NCBI GenBank assembly: GCA_963706955.1
Contig: CAVPOC010000015.1
Coordinates: 35,700 to 99,699, forward strand
Origin: an uncultured Verrucomicrobiae bacterium
Lineage (GTDB): Bacteria; Verrucomicrobiota; Verrucomicrobiia; Chthoniobacterales; Terrimicrobiaceae
Length of the DNA stretch: 64,000 nt
Direction of reading: 5' to 3'
Shown: positions 40,204 through 51,906 of the stretch, one piece after another
Layout: each line of letters opens with the position of its first letter
How positions within the stretch are numbered: position 1 is the first letter of the stretch
The notes under the pieces: generated by a model
Told to the model about the DNA's origin: nothing
Database searches by the model: none
The model's input: the letters and a program-made list of their open reading frames with translations, nothing else
Program-made: the position numbers and the translations under genes

Positions 40204-41027
40204 TTGGTTGCCGCCCAAGACGTCCCTGTAAGCAACTCATGCGCTCCATTGCCGACGGTCCATCCGCCCGACGTCTTACCTTCGCTTAGCCAGGCCGAGT
40301 CCATCCCTACCTGGAAGCGCCTGCTCGATCTCAGCCTTATCTTCCTGACCACTCCCGTCTGGCTTAGCACCATGGGCTTTGTTAGCCTCTGGATCCTTAT
40401 CGTCTCCCCGGTCCTCTGCTCTACCGGCAGGAGCGAATCGGTTATCGGGGTCGCCGCTTCATGATCCTGAAATTCAGGACTATGCACGTAAACTCCGAGA
40501 CTGTTAGCCACGAAGGTTATTTCGAGAAGCTCATGCAGTCCAATTGCCCGATGACCAAGCTGGACAGCTGCGGCGATGCTCGCCTGATCCGCGGTGGTCG
40601 AATCCTTAGGGCTCTCGGTCTGGACGAGCTGCCGCAACTATTCAATGTCCTGCGCAGCGAGATGAGCCTTGTTGGCCCGCGCCCGTGCACGCCGCACGAG
40701 TTTGACCACTACCGCCCGGAGCAAAAACTACGGGTTAACGCCCCGCCCGGCTTGACTGGTTACTGGCAGGTCAACGGCAAGAATAAGACCAGCTTCAGTC
40801 AGATGATTAGCATGGACATCTATTACGGACAGCACATGTCCGTGCTAATGGACTTAATTATCATCCTGAAAACAGTGCCGGCAATCGGCATCCAGGTATG
40901 CGAATCAATTAGTCGCAAGACAGGATCTAAGATTAACCAGCTCTGGCAGCAATATGGCGGCGAAGGGACTGCTCCGCCCGAGGTGGCGCGGGGCGAGCTA
41001 CAGGAGGAGACGAGGAGAAATACATGA
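40204..41027 (+). CDS. Priming sugar transferase (Bac_transf/WcaJ-like phosphoglycosyltransferase), frameshifted
   Basis: KRLLD, KFRTM, LDELPQLFNVL.SEMSLVGPRP and PGLTGYWQV motifs. One missing G at ~40410 restores SPGPLLYRQERIG. Start is uncertain. Confidence 0.88.
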
Positions 41028-42116
41028 AAAAGCCAATCTCGGTTGGTGTGGTCGGATGTGGTTACTGGGGCCCGAATCTGATTCGAAATTTCAAGAGCCT
41101 ACCCGATTGCAACCTGAAGGCGATGTGCGACTGTGAGCGAATCTCGCCTGAAGCATCTGCGGTCGCTCTACTCGGATGTTCAGGGTGAGACGAATTTCGA
41201 GCATTTGCTTAACGGAATGGAGCTCGATGCGACGGTGATCGCAACCTCGGTCAAACACCACTATCCGTTGGCCAAGGCAAGTCTGCTCGCCGGAAAGCAC
41301 ACCCTTATCGAAAAGCCGATGGCGTCGAGTTCCGCCGAATGTGAGGAATTGATCGACCTGGCTGCCCGACAAGGCGTCGTCCTCATGGTGGGACATACGT
41401 TTCTTTACTCGCCGGTGGTCCGCAAGATCGTCGATATCGTTCAGGCGGGTGACATTGGCGACATTCGTTACATCAATTCGCGACGCCTCAACCTCGGTCT
41501 CTTTCAAAAGGATATCAATGTGGCTTGGGACCTCGCCCCGCACGACATCTCGATTATCCTTCACATCCTGGAAGACTTTCCCGTCTCGGTAAACTGCCAG
41601 GGTAACGCACACGTCACTCCTCAGATCGCCGACGTGACGAATATGTCGCTGACCTTTCGCCATAAGCGGTTCGCCACCATCCAGAGCAGCTGGCTCGAGC
41701 CGCGCAAAGTCCGCGAAATGACCATCGTGGGCACCCGCCGAATGATCGTCTACGATGACCTGCAGACGCTGGAGAAGATTCGCATCTACGACGTGCGCGT
41801 CGAGCGTCCACCTCACTATGACACCTTCGCCGAATTTCATTATTCGTATCATTACGGCGACAGCTACATCCCCCATCTCAAGCAAGAGGAACCATTGAAG
41901 CTCGAGTGCCAGCATTTTCTCGACTGCATCGAGAGCGGCACAAAGCCACTGACCGGTGGACGGCAGGGACTCGAACTGGTCAAGATTCTCGAGGCGGCTT
42001 CCGCTTCACTGGAGGACCACGGCGCGCCGGTGACGTTTTCTCACCCGCACGAAGTCCTTCCGTCGTTCGCGCGCTCGGAGCCCAAGTTGGCACATGCGGA
42101 GCCGGTGCGCCTGTGA
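41024..42116 (+). CDS. Gfo/Idh/MocA NDP-sugar oxidoreductase (WbpB/GnnA-like), copy 1, frameshift at ~41132
   Basis: MKKPISVGVVGCGYWGPNLIRNF from ATG 41024 (ATGA overlap), continuing into EKP and WDLAPHD. Confidence 0.87.
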
Positions 42117-42632
42117 ACGGTCAAGCGCCCGACTACAAGCGAATCTCGTCGGACGTTAAGCTCGGTCGAGACGTCCGGATCTTTGCTTTCGTGAACCTCT
42201 ATGGTTGCGAAATCGGCGACGAGACAAAGATCGGCACGTTTGTCGAGGTTCAGAAGGGCGCGCGAATTGGCGCTCGTTGCAAGATCTCGAGTCATACCTT
42301 CATCTGCGAAGGCGTTACCATCGAGTCCGAGGTATTTATCGGACACGGGGTGACGTTTATCAATGATCGGTACCCGAGAGCAACGAGCGCCTTAGGAGAA
42401 CTCAAAACCGAAGACGATTGGGATTGCCAAAGCACGCTGGTCAAGCGGGGCGCCTCGATCGGTTCGGGGGCAACGCTGCTTGGGAGGCATTACTGTCGGC
42501 GAAAACGCCATTGTGGGCGCCGGCAGTGTCGTCACGAAAGACGTCCCTCCGAATACCACTGTGGCGGGCAATCCTGCGAGAATCTTGAAACCTGCCGCGA
42601 AAGATCACGCTAATGCGAGTTCCATTTCTTGA
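42113..42632 (+). CDS. Hexapeptide-repeat N-acetyltransferase (WbpD-like), copy 1, frameshift at ~42485
   Basis: [17 protein letters not shown] and FIND.YP motifs; the corrected frame gives [11 protein letters not shown]...GNPAR. Confidence 0.85.
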
Positions 42633-43737
42633 CCTTTCAGCTCATCACGCTCCTCTCCGAAGCGAAATTGACGCCGCGATCGGAGAAGTGATCGACTCTG
42701 GTGCCTTCGCGGGCGGACCGTTCGTCGACGGATTTCGAAGAGCAGCTTCGCAGCCTATTGCGGTTGCAAATATTGCCATCGGGGTGGGAAGCGGCACGGA
42801 TGCTCTTTGGCTTGCACTGCTCGCCTGCGGAGTCGGTCCCGGAGACGAAGTGATCACCGTCCCGAACACTTTCATGGCGACCGCAGAGGCGATCACCTAC
42901 TGCGGCGCCAAGCCGGTGTTCGTCGACGTTGACGCGCTGACCTACACGATGGACCCTACTCTGATCGAAGACGCCATCACTTCGCGAACGAAAGCGGTCA
43001 TTCCCGTTCACCTTTTCGGTCAGCCGGCCGACATGGATCCGATTGTCGAGATCGCACGCTCGCACGGTCTTGTTGTGATCGAGGACGCCGCCCAGGCCCA
43101 TGGAGCCGAATACAAGGGACGACGCGTCGGTTCGCTCGGCGACGCAGGCTGCTTTAGCTTTTATCCTGGCAAGAATCTCGGCGCGTTCGGCGAGGCCGGC
43201 GCCGTCGTTACGAGCGATCGCGAGCTGCAGAAGAAAATTCGAATTCTAAGAGATCACGGTCAGATCCAGAAATACCATCATGCCATGGTTGGCTGGAACG
43301 CCGAATGGACGGCATTCAGGCGGCCGTGCTCGGAGTAAAGCTCCGCCACCTCGAAAAGGGAAACGAACTTCGGCGTTCACACGCCGCCAAGTATGATGAG
43401 GCTCTGCAGCGATATAGAGGAACTCGTGACGCCCTACACGGCCGATTACGCCCATCACGTCTATCACATCTACGCGGTCCGTGTTCCTCGGAGAGACGAG
43501 ATCATTGCCAATCGCTCGCCGAAATGGGTGTCGCCTGTGGCATTCACTATCCGGTGCCCGATCCATTTGCAGCACGCCTATCAGAGCCTCGAATACGAGA
43601 TTGGCGCGTTCCCGATCGCTGAGAGAGCTGCGCATCAATTCATTTCGTTGCCAATGTTCCCCGAGTTAACCTCCGGGCAAATTGAAATCGTCATCAAGGG
43701 CCTGAAGGAAGCTGTCGCAAACTGCGCGCTTGCCTGA
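42613..43737 (+). CDS. DegT/DnrJ/EryC1/StrS aminotransferase (WbpE/GnnB-like), copy 1, several frameshifts
   Basis: [30 protein letters not shown] (PLP Lys) and SLPMFP motifs spread over several frames. Confidence 0.87.
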
Positions 43738-43767
43738 CACTTCCGACTCGCGCGCACGTCCGTTCTC

Positions 43768-44888
43768 ATGACGATCGACCAGCTCGTAACCGAGGTCCCT
43801 GCATCCGGAGGGATCGACGCTCGTCGTCCGCCGACTTTCGACGAGCTTGTCGAGATACGCGTTGTCGATCCCACTTGCGATCCGAGTTGGGATCGGCTCG
43901 CAAGCTCGCATCCCGACTTCACCTTCTTCCACTGCTCCGCCTGGATGCGGGTGCTGTGCAAGACATACGGTCATAAACCGCTCGCCTTTTGCTGTTCCCG
44001 ACGGGGTCAGCCCAGAGCCTTGCTGCCGCTCGTTGAAGTCACAAGTCGCCTGACAGGAGACCGGGGGTGTCGGCCTTCCCTTCACGGACTTTTGCGATCC
44101 GCTTTTCTTTGACGGCTGCGATCCAAGCATAATCGTCGCGAATCTCTGCGCCTTTGCCCAAATACGCGGCTGGAAGCACTTCGAAATTCGCGGAAGGCTG
44201 CCAACCAATCTCCCTCCTCGATCCTCACTCACGTTTCACGGCCATTCGCTTGACCTTCGCGGTGGTGCAGAAGCTCTTTTCGCCAAATTCGCAAGCCCCG
44301 TCAAGCGTGCGATCCGCAAGGCCGAACAAAGCGGCCTATCCGTCCGGCTAAGCACTTCAGAAGGCGGCGATGCGCGAGCTTCTACCGACTCCACGCTCGC
44401 ACGCGACGCCGGCATGGCCTACCGCCTCAGCCGTTTGCTTTCTTTTCGAAACATTCACAGTGAAGTAATCAAGCCAGGCTTGGGATTCGTTGTCTTGGCG
44501 AAAAACGCGTCCAAAACCGTAGCCGGAGCGGTCTTCTTCTATACCGCCACGACCGCAGTATTTAAGTTCGCTGCTTCCGACGAGCGTTACTCGCACCTTA
44601 GACCCAACAATCTGGTCATGTGGCGAGCGATTCAAGAGCTTTCACGCCGTGACATCGGAATACTTCACCTCGGTCAGAACCTCGCGCGGCGACGAAGGAC
44701 TCAGGCGTTTCAAGTTGGGCTGGGGAGCAGTAGAAGAGCCAATCAATTACTTTCGCTTCGATGTCCGGGCGAATCGTTGGACTACTACAACGGATAAAGC
44801 TTCGGGGACGCATAACGCAATTTTTTCGCGGTTGCCTCTGGCCATCAACCGCCTGATCGGCGCGGTGATCTACCCGCATTTGGACTAA
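43768..44888 (+). CDS. GNAT/FemAB-like acyltransferase (cell-surface polysaccharide associated), frameshifted
   Basis: WD......FFH...W, (S)LPFTDFC, RAIRKA, RPNNLVMW..I and GLRRFKLGWG motifs across frames. Confidence 0.78.
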
Positions 44889-44934
44889 GCTCCAAGCTTG
44901 CCCTCCACTCTCTCAACCAACTGTCCGCCTAGCC

Positions 44935-47505
44935 TTGAGCGAAGGATCTAACTCCTCAGCAGTGTCCCAGCAAAAACCCACAGCACCTCCTCCTAGCTTA
45001 ACTGTGCACGACGTTCTTTACGTGCTTTTCAAACACAAGTGGAAGATCCTCTTCTGCTCTGCCATCGGCATTTGTGCCGCCGCAAGCGTCTTTCTTCTTC
45101 GCGTCCCGGTCTTTGAATCGGAGGCCAAACTGCTTGTGCGCTACGTTGTCGATACCAGCGCTATCGATCAAGTCGAGTCCCGCGCAACGGTAGGTTCCTC
45201 CAGTGAAAATCTCATCAATTCCGAGGTGGAGATTCTCACGAGCTGGGATCTAGCGATGCAGGTTGCAAAGGCAGTGGGTCCTGCGCGCTTGCTCCCGAAA
45301 TCTGAGGACGCTACCGATCTAGCCAAGGCCGCCCGCAGTATCCGCTTGGACATGATGGTGACCGCTCTCAAGGGCACGAATATTATCATGGTTTCTTATA
45401 AGAACCCTGATCCCGAGCTTGCCACTCTCGTCTTGAAAGAACTCATCAGCCGATACTTTACCAAGCATCTGGACGTCCACCGCTCGGCTGACGCCTTCAA
45501 TTTCGTAGCGCAACAGAGCGATGAGGTCCGCGCGCGTTTAAACCAGACCGAGCAGGAGTTAAAACAGCTTAAGGGTGAAGCGGGAATTACTTCCCTAAGC
45601 GAAAGCATAACAAATCTCAGCATGGGTCTAAAGAAAACCCGCGAGGAGCTTCAGGCTTCCGAAGCAGAACTTGCGGAACAGAGAGCCGCCGTTCAAGAGA
45701 TCGAGAAAGCACTCACTGCGAGAGAAGAAAAGTTACCCAAAGTTCCGGAGCCGAATGAAAATGCTGAAGCGATTCAGCAATACCATTCTGTCGTAGATCG
45801 CCTTCGCCAGTTTCGCGAAACGCAACTTGCGCTTGTCCTCAAAAACCAGGAAAAGCCCGATCGCTTCCCGACCGAGAGAATGGAGGGCATTCGGCAAATG
45901 CGCAGCAATTCTTGGGAGCCGCAGAGTCGTTCAAGCGAGCTATCCCGCTCAAGCGAGATAGCATCTCTCGGAAGAGAAAAGTTTATCGGGACGCAGCGAG
46001 AGGATGCGCACGCGCTGGCGCGGGAGCGTTATCGTCGTCAAAATGACACCGGTTTCGCCTACCAAGGAAATAAGAAGAACTTCGATACGCTGGTCAAGGA
46101 GGCCGAAGAGGAGATCCTCGGACGGAAAAACATTCCGGTCCAGGAAGCCAAAGAATCGCAAGCTGAGTTGGTGAAACTCAACCAGATGCAGATTGAAAGT
46201 CTTGAGAAGCAGCGAATCGAATTAGAGCATAAGTTTCCGAGAATCGCCGAATCTGTTCCCATTTCTGCTGACAATCCCCGATCCGACATTTCGTCGGAGC
46301 GTGCCCGCTTGCAAGTTGATCGGTCCAAATTAGAGGTGGATCGCTCTCGTCTTGCTGGCATTGAAGCTAGAAGAGAAGCCCTGAAGTCTCGGCTCAGCGA
46401 TCTCGGGACTCAGATGAAACTTCTCTCTGATATTGGACCTCGAATCGAGCAGCTCCAGCGAACCAAGGAAATTGAAGAGAACAATTACAAGTACTTTCAA
46501 GCCAGCCTTGAGAAGGCTCGTGTCGACGAAGCCTTGGATCCATCTAAGATGCCCAATATCAGCATCGTGCAAAGCCCGTCCACAGCGTTCAGGGTTACGG
46601 GAACGATGAAAAAGATCGTGCTCGGATTGGCTGGCGGAGGCATAGGCTTAGGTATCGGCCTGGCTTTGTTGATCGAAATAATCTTGAATCGCACGATCAA
46701 ACGGCCACTCGAGCTCGAAACGCTCTTAGGCCTTCCTATCTGGCTCTCTATTCCCTACCTGAATGGAAGCAATCGCTTTCGTCTTAATGGCAGAGCCCGC
46801 TTGCGTCTCCCATGGCCTCGCTCTAAAGATAGGTGGCTTGCCACTCATCAGGAGAACGGAAACGGCCAGGCCGCGCCATGGGAGTTCGATCATCCAATAC
46901 GAGGCTTTGCCGAAACAATTCGAGATCGTCTGATCCTCTCTTTCGAGCTCAATGGGGTGAACCATAAACCGAAGCTCGTCGCCGTGACTGGATGCCCGCA
47001 GGGAGCTGGAACTTCGACGATTAGCGCGGGCATTGCTGCCGCCCTTTCGGAAACGGGAGATGGAAAGGTTCTGCTCGTGGATATGAACGTTGGCCGTCCT
47101 GAGGTCCATCCGTTCTTCCAGGGAGCGCCAGCATGCTCGCTTGCAGAGGCCTTGGTCGGGGCGCCTGCACCGGCTGGAGAGAATCTCTATCTCGCGGTAG
47201 CAACGCCTGGCAATGGAAGGCGGAACCAGGTTATTCCAAAAAGGTTCTACGAAATGATGCCACACCTCAAGGCAAGCGAGTTCGATTACATCATTTTCGA
47301 CATGCCGCCCCTGAATCAAACCAGTGTTACCCTGGCAATGTCCGCTTGGATGGACAAGGTGCTCGTCGTCGTTGAAGCTGAAAGAAGCGATAGGGACTTT
47401 GTGAAGCGCACTTATGCTGAACTTCTCGCCTGCCGAGCCAACGCGTCGGTCATTTTCAACAAGGTTCGGCGATACACGCCGAAATGGCTGGGAGCAGAAA
47501 CATAA
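44935..47505 (+). CDS. Wzc/GumC-like polysaccharide co-polymerase with degenerate BY-kinase domain
   Basis: N-terminal TM, INSEVEILTS, long coiled coil, second TM, VLLVDMN and IIFDMPP motifs. Confidence 0.85.
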   Translation: MSEGSNSSAVSQQKPTAPPPSLTVHDVLYVLFKHKWKILFCSAIGICAAASVFLLRVPVFESEAKLLVRYVVDTSAIDQVESRATVGSSSENLINSEVEILTSWDLAMQVAKAVGPARLLPKSEDATDLAKAARSIRLDMMVTALKGTNIIMVSYKNPDPELATLVLKELISRYFTKHLDVHRSADAFNFVAQQSDEVRARLNQTEQELKQLKGEAGITSLSESITNLSMGLKKTREELQASEAELAEQRAAVQEIEKALTAREEKLPKVPEPNENAEAIQQYHSVVDRLRQFRETQLALVLKNQEKPDRFPTERMEGIRQMRSNSWEPQSRSSELSRSSEIASLGREKFIGTQREDAHALARERYRRQNDTGFAYQGNKKNFDTLVKEAEEEILGRKNIPVQEAKESQAELVKLNQMQIESLEKQRIELEHKFPRIAESVPISADNPRSDISSERARLQVDRSKLEVDRSRLAGIEARREALKSRLSDLGTQMKLLSDIGPRIEQLQRTKEIEENNYKYFQASLEKARVDEALDPSKMPNISIVQSPSTAFRVTGTMKKIVLGLAGGGIGLGIGLALLIEIILNRTIKRPLELETLLGLPIWLSIPYLNGSNRFRLNGRARLRLPWPRSKDRWLATHQENGNGQAAPWEFDHPIRGFAETIRDRLILSFELNGVNHKPKLVAVTGCPQGAGTSTISAGIAAALSETGDGKVLLVDMNVGRPEVHPFFQGAPACSLAEALVGAPAPAGENLYLAVATPGNGRRNQVIPKRFYEMMPHLKASEFDYIIFDMPPLNQTSVTLAMSAWMDKVLVVVEAERSDRDFVKRTYAELLACRANASVIFNKVRRYTPKWLGAET

Positions 47506-47913
47506 GGGGATATTCCGAAGCTCTAAGGGGCTGACACAGTTGCACTGCAAACGCGGTCTTCAACAGTTCAGCTCTCGGGGCTTCACTTCTGACTCTCGCC
47601 GAGAGCTGAGCGAGATCCAAGTTTGCGTTAACTATCGCTCGCCCATACGCCCGCTTAGCAACGCTGATGACAGCCTCTAGAGGTTAGTCGGAAATTGCCG
47701 CACAAAAGAGATTAGTTGCAGCGCATATGGCGCACATTTGCACCCGCAATGGACGCAAAGTTAGGTCTCGAACTGGACCGGCGATTCAGAAACCGCACGG
47801 ATCGATGTTTTCTGAATGCGATTTCATGATCATTGTTACCTTCTTTCAAAAGAACGCCAAGTAATCCGACGCGTTCAGCTCTTCAGCTTCTTTTCTGCAT
47901 TCCTACTCTGCTG

Positions 47914-48952
47914 GTGCTTTTAAATAGCCTCTACTTTCGCCTGAAGCCATTCATACCGCGGCGAATCCGACTCAATGTTCGGCGGTGGTTCGTTCTGCGA
48001 AAGCTGTCACAACTCGACGAAGTGTGGCCGATTATGCCGGGTTCAGACCGCGTTCCGGTCGACTGGCCCGGCTGGCCCGAAGGAAAGCAGTTCGCCTTTG
48101 TGCTGACACACGACGTCGAAAGCCAGCGTGGACTCGATTATGTCAAGGACTTGGCCCAACTGGAAATGACATATGGTTTCCGATCGTGCTTCAACTTTAT
48201 CCCGGAGGGTCCATACTCCGTTTCGTCCGAACTTCGGTCCTGGTTAATCGACCATGGTTTCGAGGTGGGTGTTCATGATCTCTACCACGATGGCCACCTC
48301 TTTTCCTCGCGCCAAGAGTTTTGCCGAAGGGCCAAACGAATTAATGAGATTCTGAAAGAATGGGGCGCGGTCGGATTTCGCTCCGGCTACATGCTGCGCA
48401 ATTTGGACTGGATCAGCGAGCTCGATATTGCTTACGATGCCTCCACCTTTGACACAGATCCGTTTGAGCCGCAGCCCGAGGGAGTAGAGACCATCTTTCC
48501 GTTTTGGCGTCACTTCGATGGCAACGATCGCGGTTACATGGAACTGCCGTATACCATGGCTCAGGATTCCACGCTGTTTCTTTTACTCCGTGCGAACAGC
48601 ATCGACGTTTGGAGAACCAAGCTCGACTGGCTTGCTAGTCAAGGAGGCATGGTGCTCCTCAACGTGCATCCGGACTACGTGGACTTCGCTGGTCACGGCG
48701 ATTCCTCCCGCTACCCTATCGCTCGCTACCAGGAGTTGCTCTCGGTACGTCCATCGTTCTTACGACGGTCTCGTCTGGCATCCCCTGCCGCGCGAACTAG
48801 CGGCTTACTGCGCCGATTTTCGACCCAAGCATTCGCGTCAGTGTTTGAACGATTCCCGATCCCGACAACAGGCAGTCTTACCGTCTCCCTCTCTAACCAT
48901 CTCGTCTCTTCTCTGGGCCATCGGCAACGGTTGGCAGAATCCCGGCATATGA
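47914..48952 (+). CDS. Polysaccharide deacetylase-like (CE4/NodB-like) protein, frameshift at ~48748
   Basis: LTHDVE, VHDLYH, GFRS, YDAS and HPDY motifs. The corrected C-terminus (YVHRSY...WHPLPRE) ends at TGA 48952, overlapping the GT4 ATG. Confidence 0.75.
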
Positions 48953-50251
48953 ACCTTCTCACCGAGCATGGCCCGGGCGGGGCATCATCTTCCGAACTTG
49001 AAGCCAGACGAGCGGCGGTCGTCCTCTTCTCCACGTATCCAGCCGATCCGCGACCCCGTCGAGCAGCGGAAGCGTTGTTGGATCACGGATTTCATGTCGA
49101 GGTGATCTGTCTTCGCGACGACGACGCCAAAGAGGTGGCAGACGAATTCTTCAACGGCGTAAGGATCACAAGGGTCCCCTTGGCACATCGGCGGGCAGGA
49201 AAGCTCAACTATATCGCGCAATACGCGGCCTTTACCTTCATTGCGGGCGCTATCCTCGCGCTCCGTTCATTACGTCACCGCTATCATCTTGTGCATGTCC
49301 ACAACATGCCCGATTTCCTCATCCTTAGCGCACTCGTTCCGAAGTTGCTCGGTGCGCGTGCGATCCTCGATCTCCATGATCCCATGCCTGAGCTGATGAT
49401 CACAATCTACAGCCTTGGTCACCAGAGCCTCCCTGTCAGGTTTCTCCAGATTGTCGAAAGGCTCAGTGTTCGATTTGCGGATTCGGTCATCACCGTCAAT
49501 GAGGCCTGTAAGAAGATTTTTTCCGCGCGCAGCTGTGCGCCATCCAAAGTCACGGTGATTATGAACTCACCGGATCCAGATATTTTTCGTTATCATTCCG
49601 TCGATTCCGAGCCCACCGTTCGTCGCGATATTTCTAAGCCCTTCGTGATCATGTCACCATGGCTCGCTTGTCGAACGGCACGGCTTGGACGTGGCAGTCG
49701 CCGCAGTGGACCGAGTCCGGGAATCGATCCCGAACGCTGAATTGCTGATTTACGGTCGAAGCACGGAATTTCTCGTTCGCGTATTGGCTTCGATCGAGAA
49801 GACTCCGCTGAGCACGGCGGTTCGCTATCTTGGTCCCAGGAACTTGGAAGGCATCGTCGAAGCGATTCGCAATTGTGACATCGGAGTGATCCCTAATCGA
49901 CGGAGCCTTTTCACGGAACTCAACACTCCGACGCGCATTTTCGAGTACATTTCCCAGGGCAAACCAGTGATCGCTCCGCGCGCTCCGGGAATCCTCGACT
50001 ACTTCGACGAACAAGATCTTGTCCTCTTTACGCTGGGTGATGCCGACGACCTCGCGAATAAGATCGATTACGTTTTCACGCACCCGGAAGAGGTCAGCAG
50101 GATTGTTCGGCGCGGCCAGACTGTCTATCACGCCCACGAATGGAAGAGCGAACGTGCGCGGTTCATTCGGTTGGTCGATGGGCTTGTCGGCGCCCATCGC
50201 CCCATCGCGCAGGTCAGCAAGGCCTCCGCCATCCTAAGAGGCAACGAATGA
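48949..50251 (+). CDS. GT4 family glycosyltransferase, frameshift at ~49655
   Basis: DPRPRR.A, HVHNMPD, DLHD.MPE, (Y)HGS.VERHGLD and PTRIFEY...GKPVI motifs. Confidence 0.85.
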
Positions 50252-51906
50252 TCGGCGTTGTCGCCAAGACGAGCGAAAGTGAGGCCGTCGCGGAATTCTT
50301 TCAACTTTTCAAGACGCCCTGGGAGTTCGCTCGTCGCGGGTTGCAGTGACGACGTTCTATTGAGCACTGTTGCTGAGCGAGTGGAGGCCTCGTGCCGCTT
50401 GCTCCTCCTCTTCAATGGCGACCAGACGTTTTTCGACGCCTGAACACAAGACTTCCATGAAGTCGCAATCTGGTGGCACCGTCACGTGTCGCGGTCGACG
50501 GATCCCGATATACGGAACTCTGACAACGTTTTCGACCAGCGGGTCCCTTACTTTGATCGGAGACTCGAACTCCGAGCCTGTGGCGGTCCTGGAAGAGCGG
50601 GGCCGGCCTGATCACCGTCCGAGTTGGCTACGACCTCCTCAGCGAGGTGCAACGCTTGCTTAGTGTTGGTCAACCGTCCGTAAACGCCGCCATCCCTACA
50701 CTGGACGAACACATCTCTTCATTGCGCCATTGGATTATCTCGGCGGGACTTCCCTTGGTGGAGGTTCCTCCCGTTCCTGCCGGTTACAGCTTCGTGACCT
50801 GTCTGACCCACGATGTTGATCATCCTGCTCTTCGGCATCATCTGTGCGACCATACCATGTTCGGCTTCGTCTATCGCGCGACCGTGGGAAGCTTGCACAA
50901 CGTTCTGACCGGAAGAAGAAGCCCGGCATACCTTCTCAAAAACTGGAAAGCGGCCTGCCTTCTTCCCCTCGTGCACTTGGGACTGGTCAGGGACTTCTGG
51001 CGTGATTTTGACCGCTACCTCGAAATTGAGGCCGGTTACGCTTCGACGTATTTCGTCATTCCTCGCAACAACTATTGTGGCCGTATCGCAAAGGGCTTTG
51101 CTCCCCGGACACGTGCCTGCCGCTACACGGTGACCGACGTGCTGCCTCAGCTGAGAAAGATCATTGCGGCAGACTGCGAAGTCGCGGTCCATGGGGTTGA
51201 TGCCTGGCTTGATGCCGAAGGAGGCCGCCAGGAAAAAGATGCCATCGCGGCGGTCGTTGGAACCACCGACCTGGGCGTGCGGATGCACTGGCTCCTTTTC
51301 GACGAACTCTCGCCCGGCAGACTGGATCGAGCAGGATTCAGCTATGACTCGACTGTGGGCTACCGCGAAACCGTCGGTTATCGAGCCGGGACGCTTCAAC
51401 CATACAAACCTCCGGAGCTAACCGTCTCCTGGAGCTCCCTCTGCACATCATGGATACTGCATTGTTCTATCCCGACTATTTGAATCTTGCCGAGGACGAA
51501 GCTCGACCGCTGGTTTGGAAACTTATTGACGATGCGGAGCGAATGGGTGGCACACTGACCATTAACTGGCATGATCGAAGCATCTCTCCCGAAAGGCTGT
51601 GGGATGACTTCTATCTAAATCTCCTTCGTGAGGTTCAGGCGCGCAAGGCGTGGCTGCCAACTGCTTCACAGGCTGTCGCTTGGTTTAGGCAACGTCTGTA
51701 CTGTGGCTATTGAGTCCTCTCCAGTCGACCGGAACTCTACACGCATTAGAGTCTCATTCGAACCCTGCAACTCACTCCCAGGTCTGCTGCTCCGGGTCTA
51801 CGAGCCCGGCCCGGGCTCGTTAGTGGATCAAGCGCGGACGCCAACCTCCGTGCCATTTCGCGACATTCCCCTTACGAAAACCACTGAACTCGCTCTCGCC
51901 GTTTGA
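50248..51906 (+). CDS. Polysaccharide deacetylase-like protein 2, multiple frameshifts
   Basis: MIGVVA...EFFQLFKTPWE start (ATGA overlap); THDVDH, HG, RMHWL, YDST and WHDRS motifs. Confidence 0.68.

Noticed and set aside
47536..47571. LytTR direct-repeat site (ACAGTT twice)
   Set aside because: The repeats are 27 nt apart rather than about 21, and only one copy fits the consensus.
47833..49740. Apparent 635-aa deacetylase-glycosyltransferase fusion
   Set aside because: Artefact of an indel at about 48748. The corrected deacetylase stops at 48952 and the GT4 starts at the overlapping ATG 48949.
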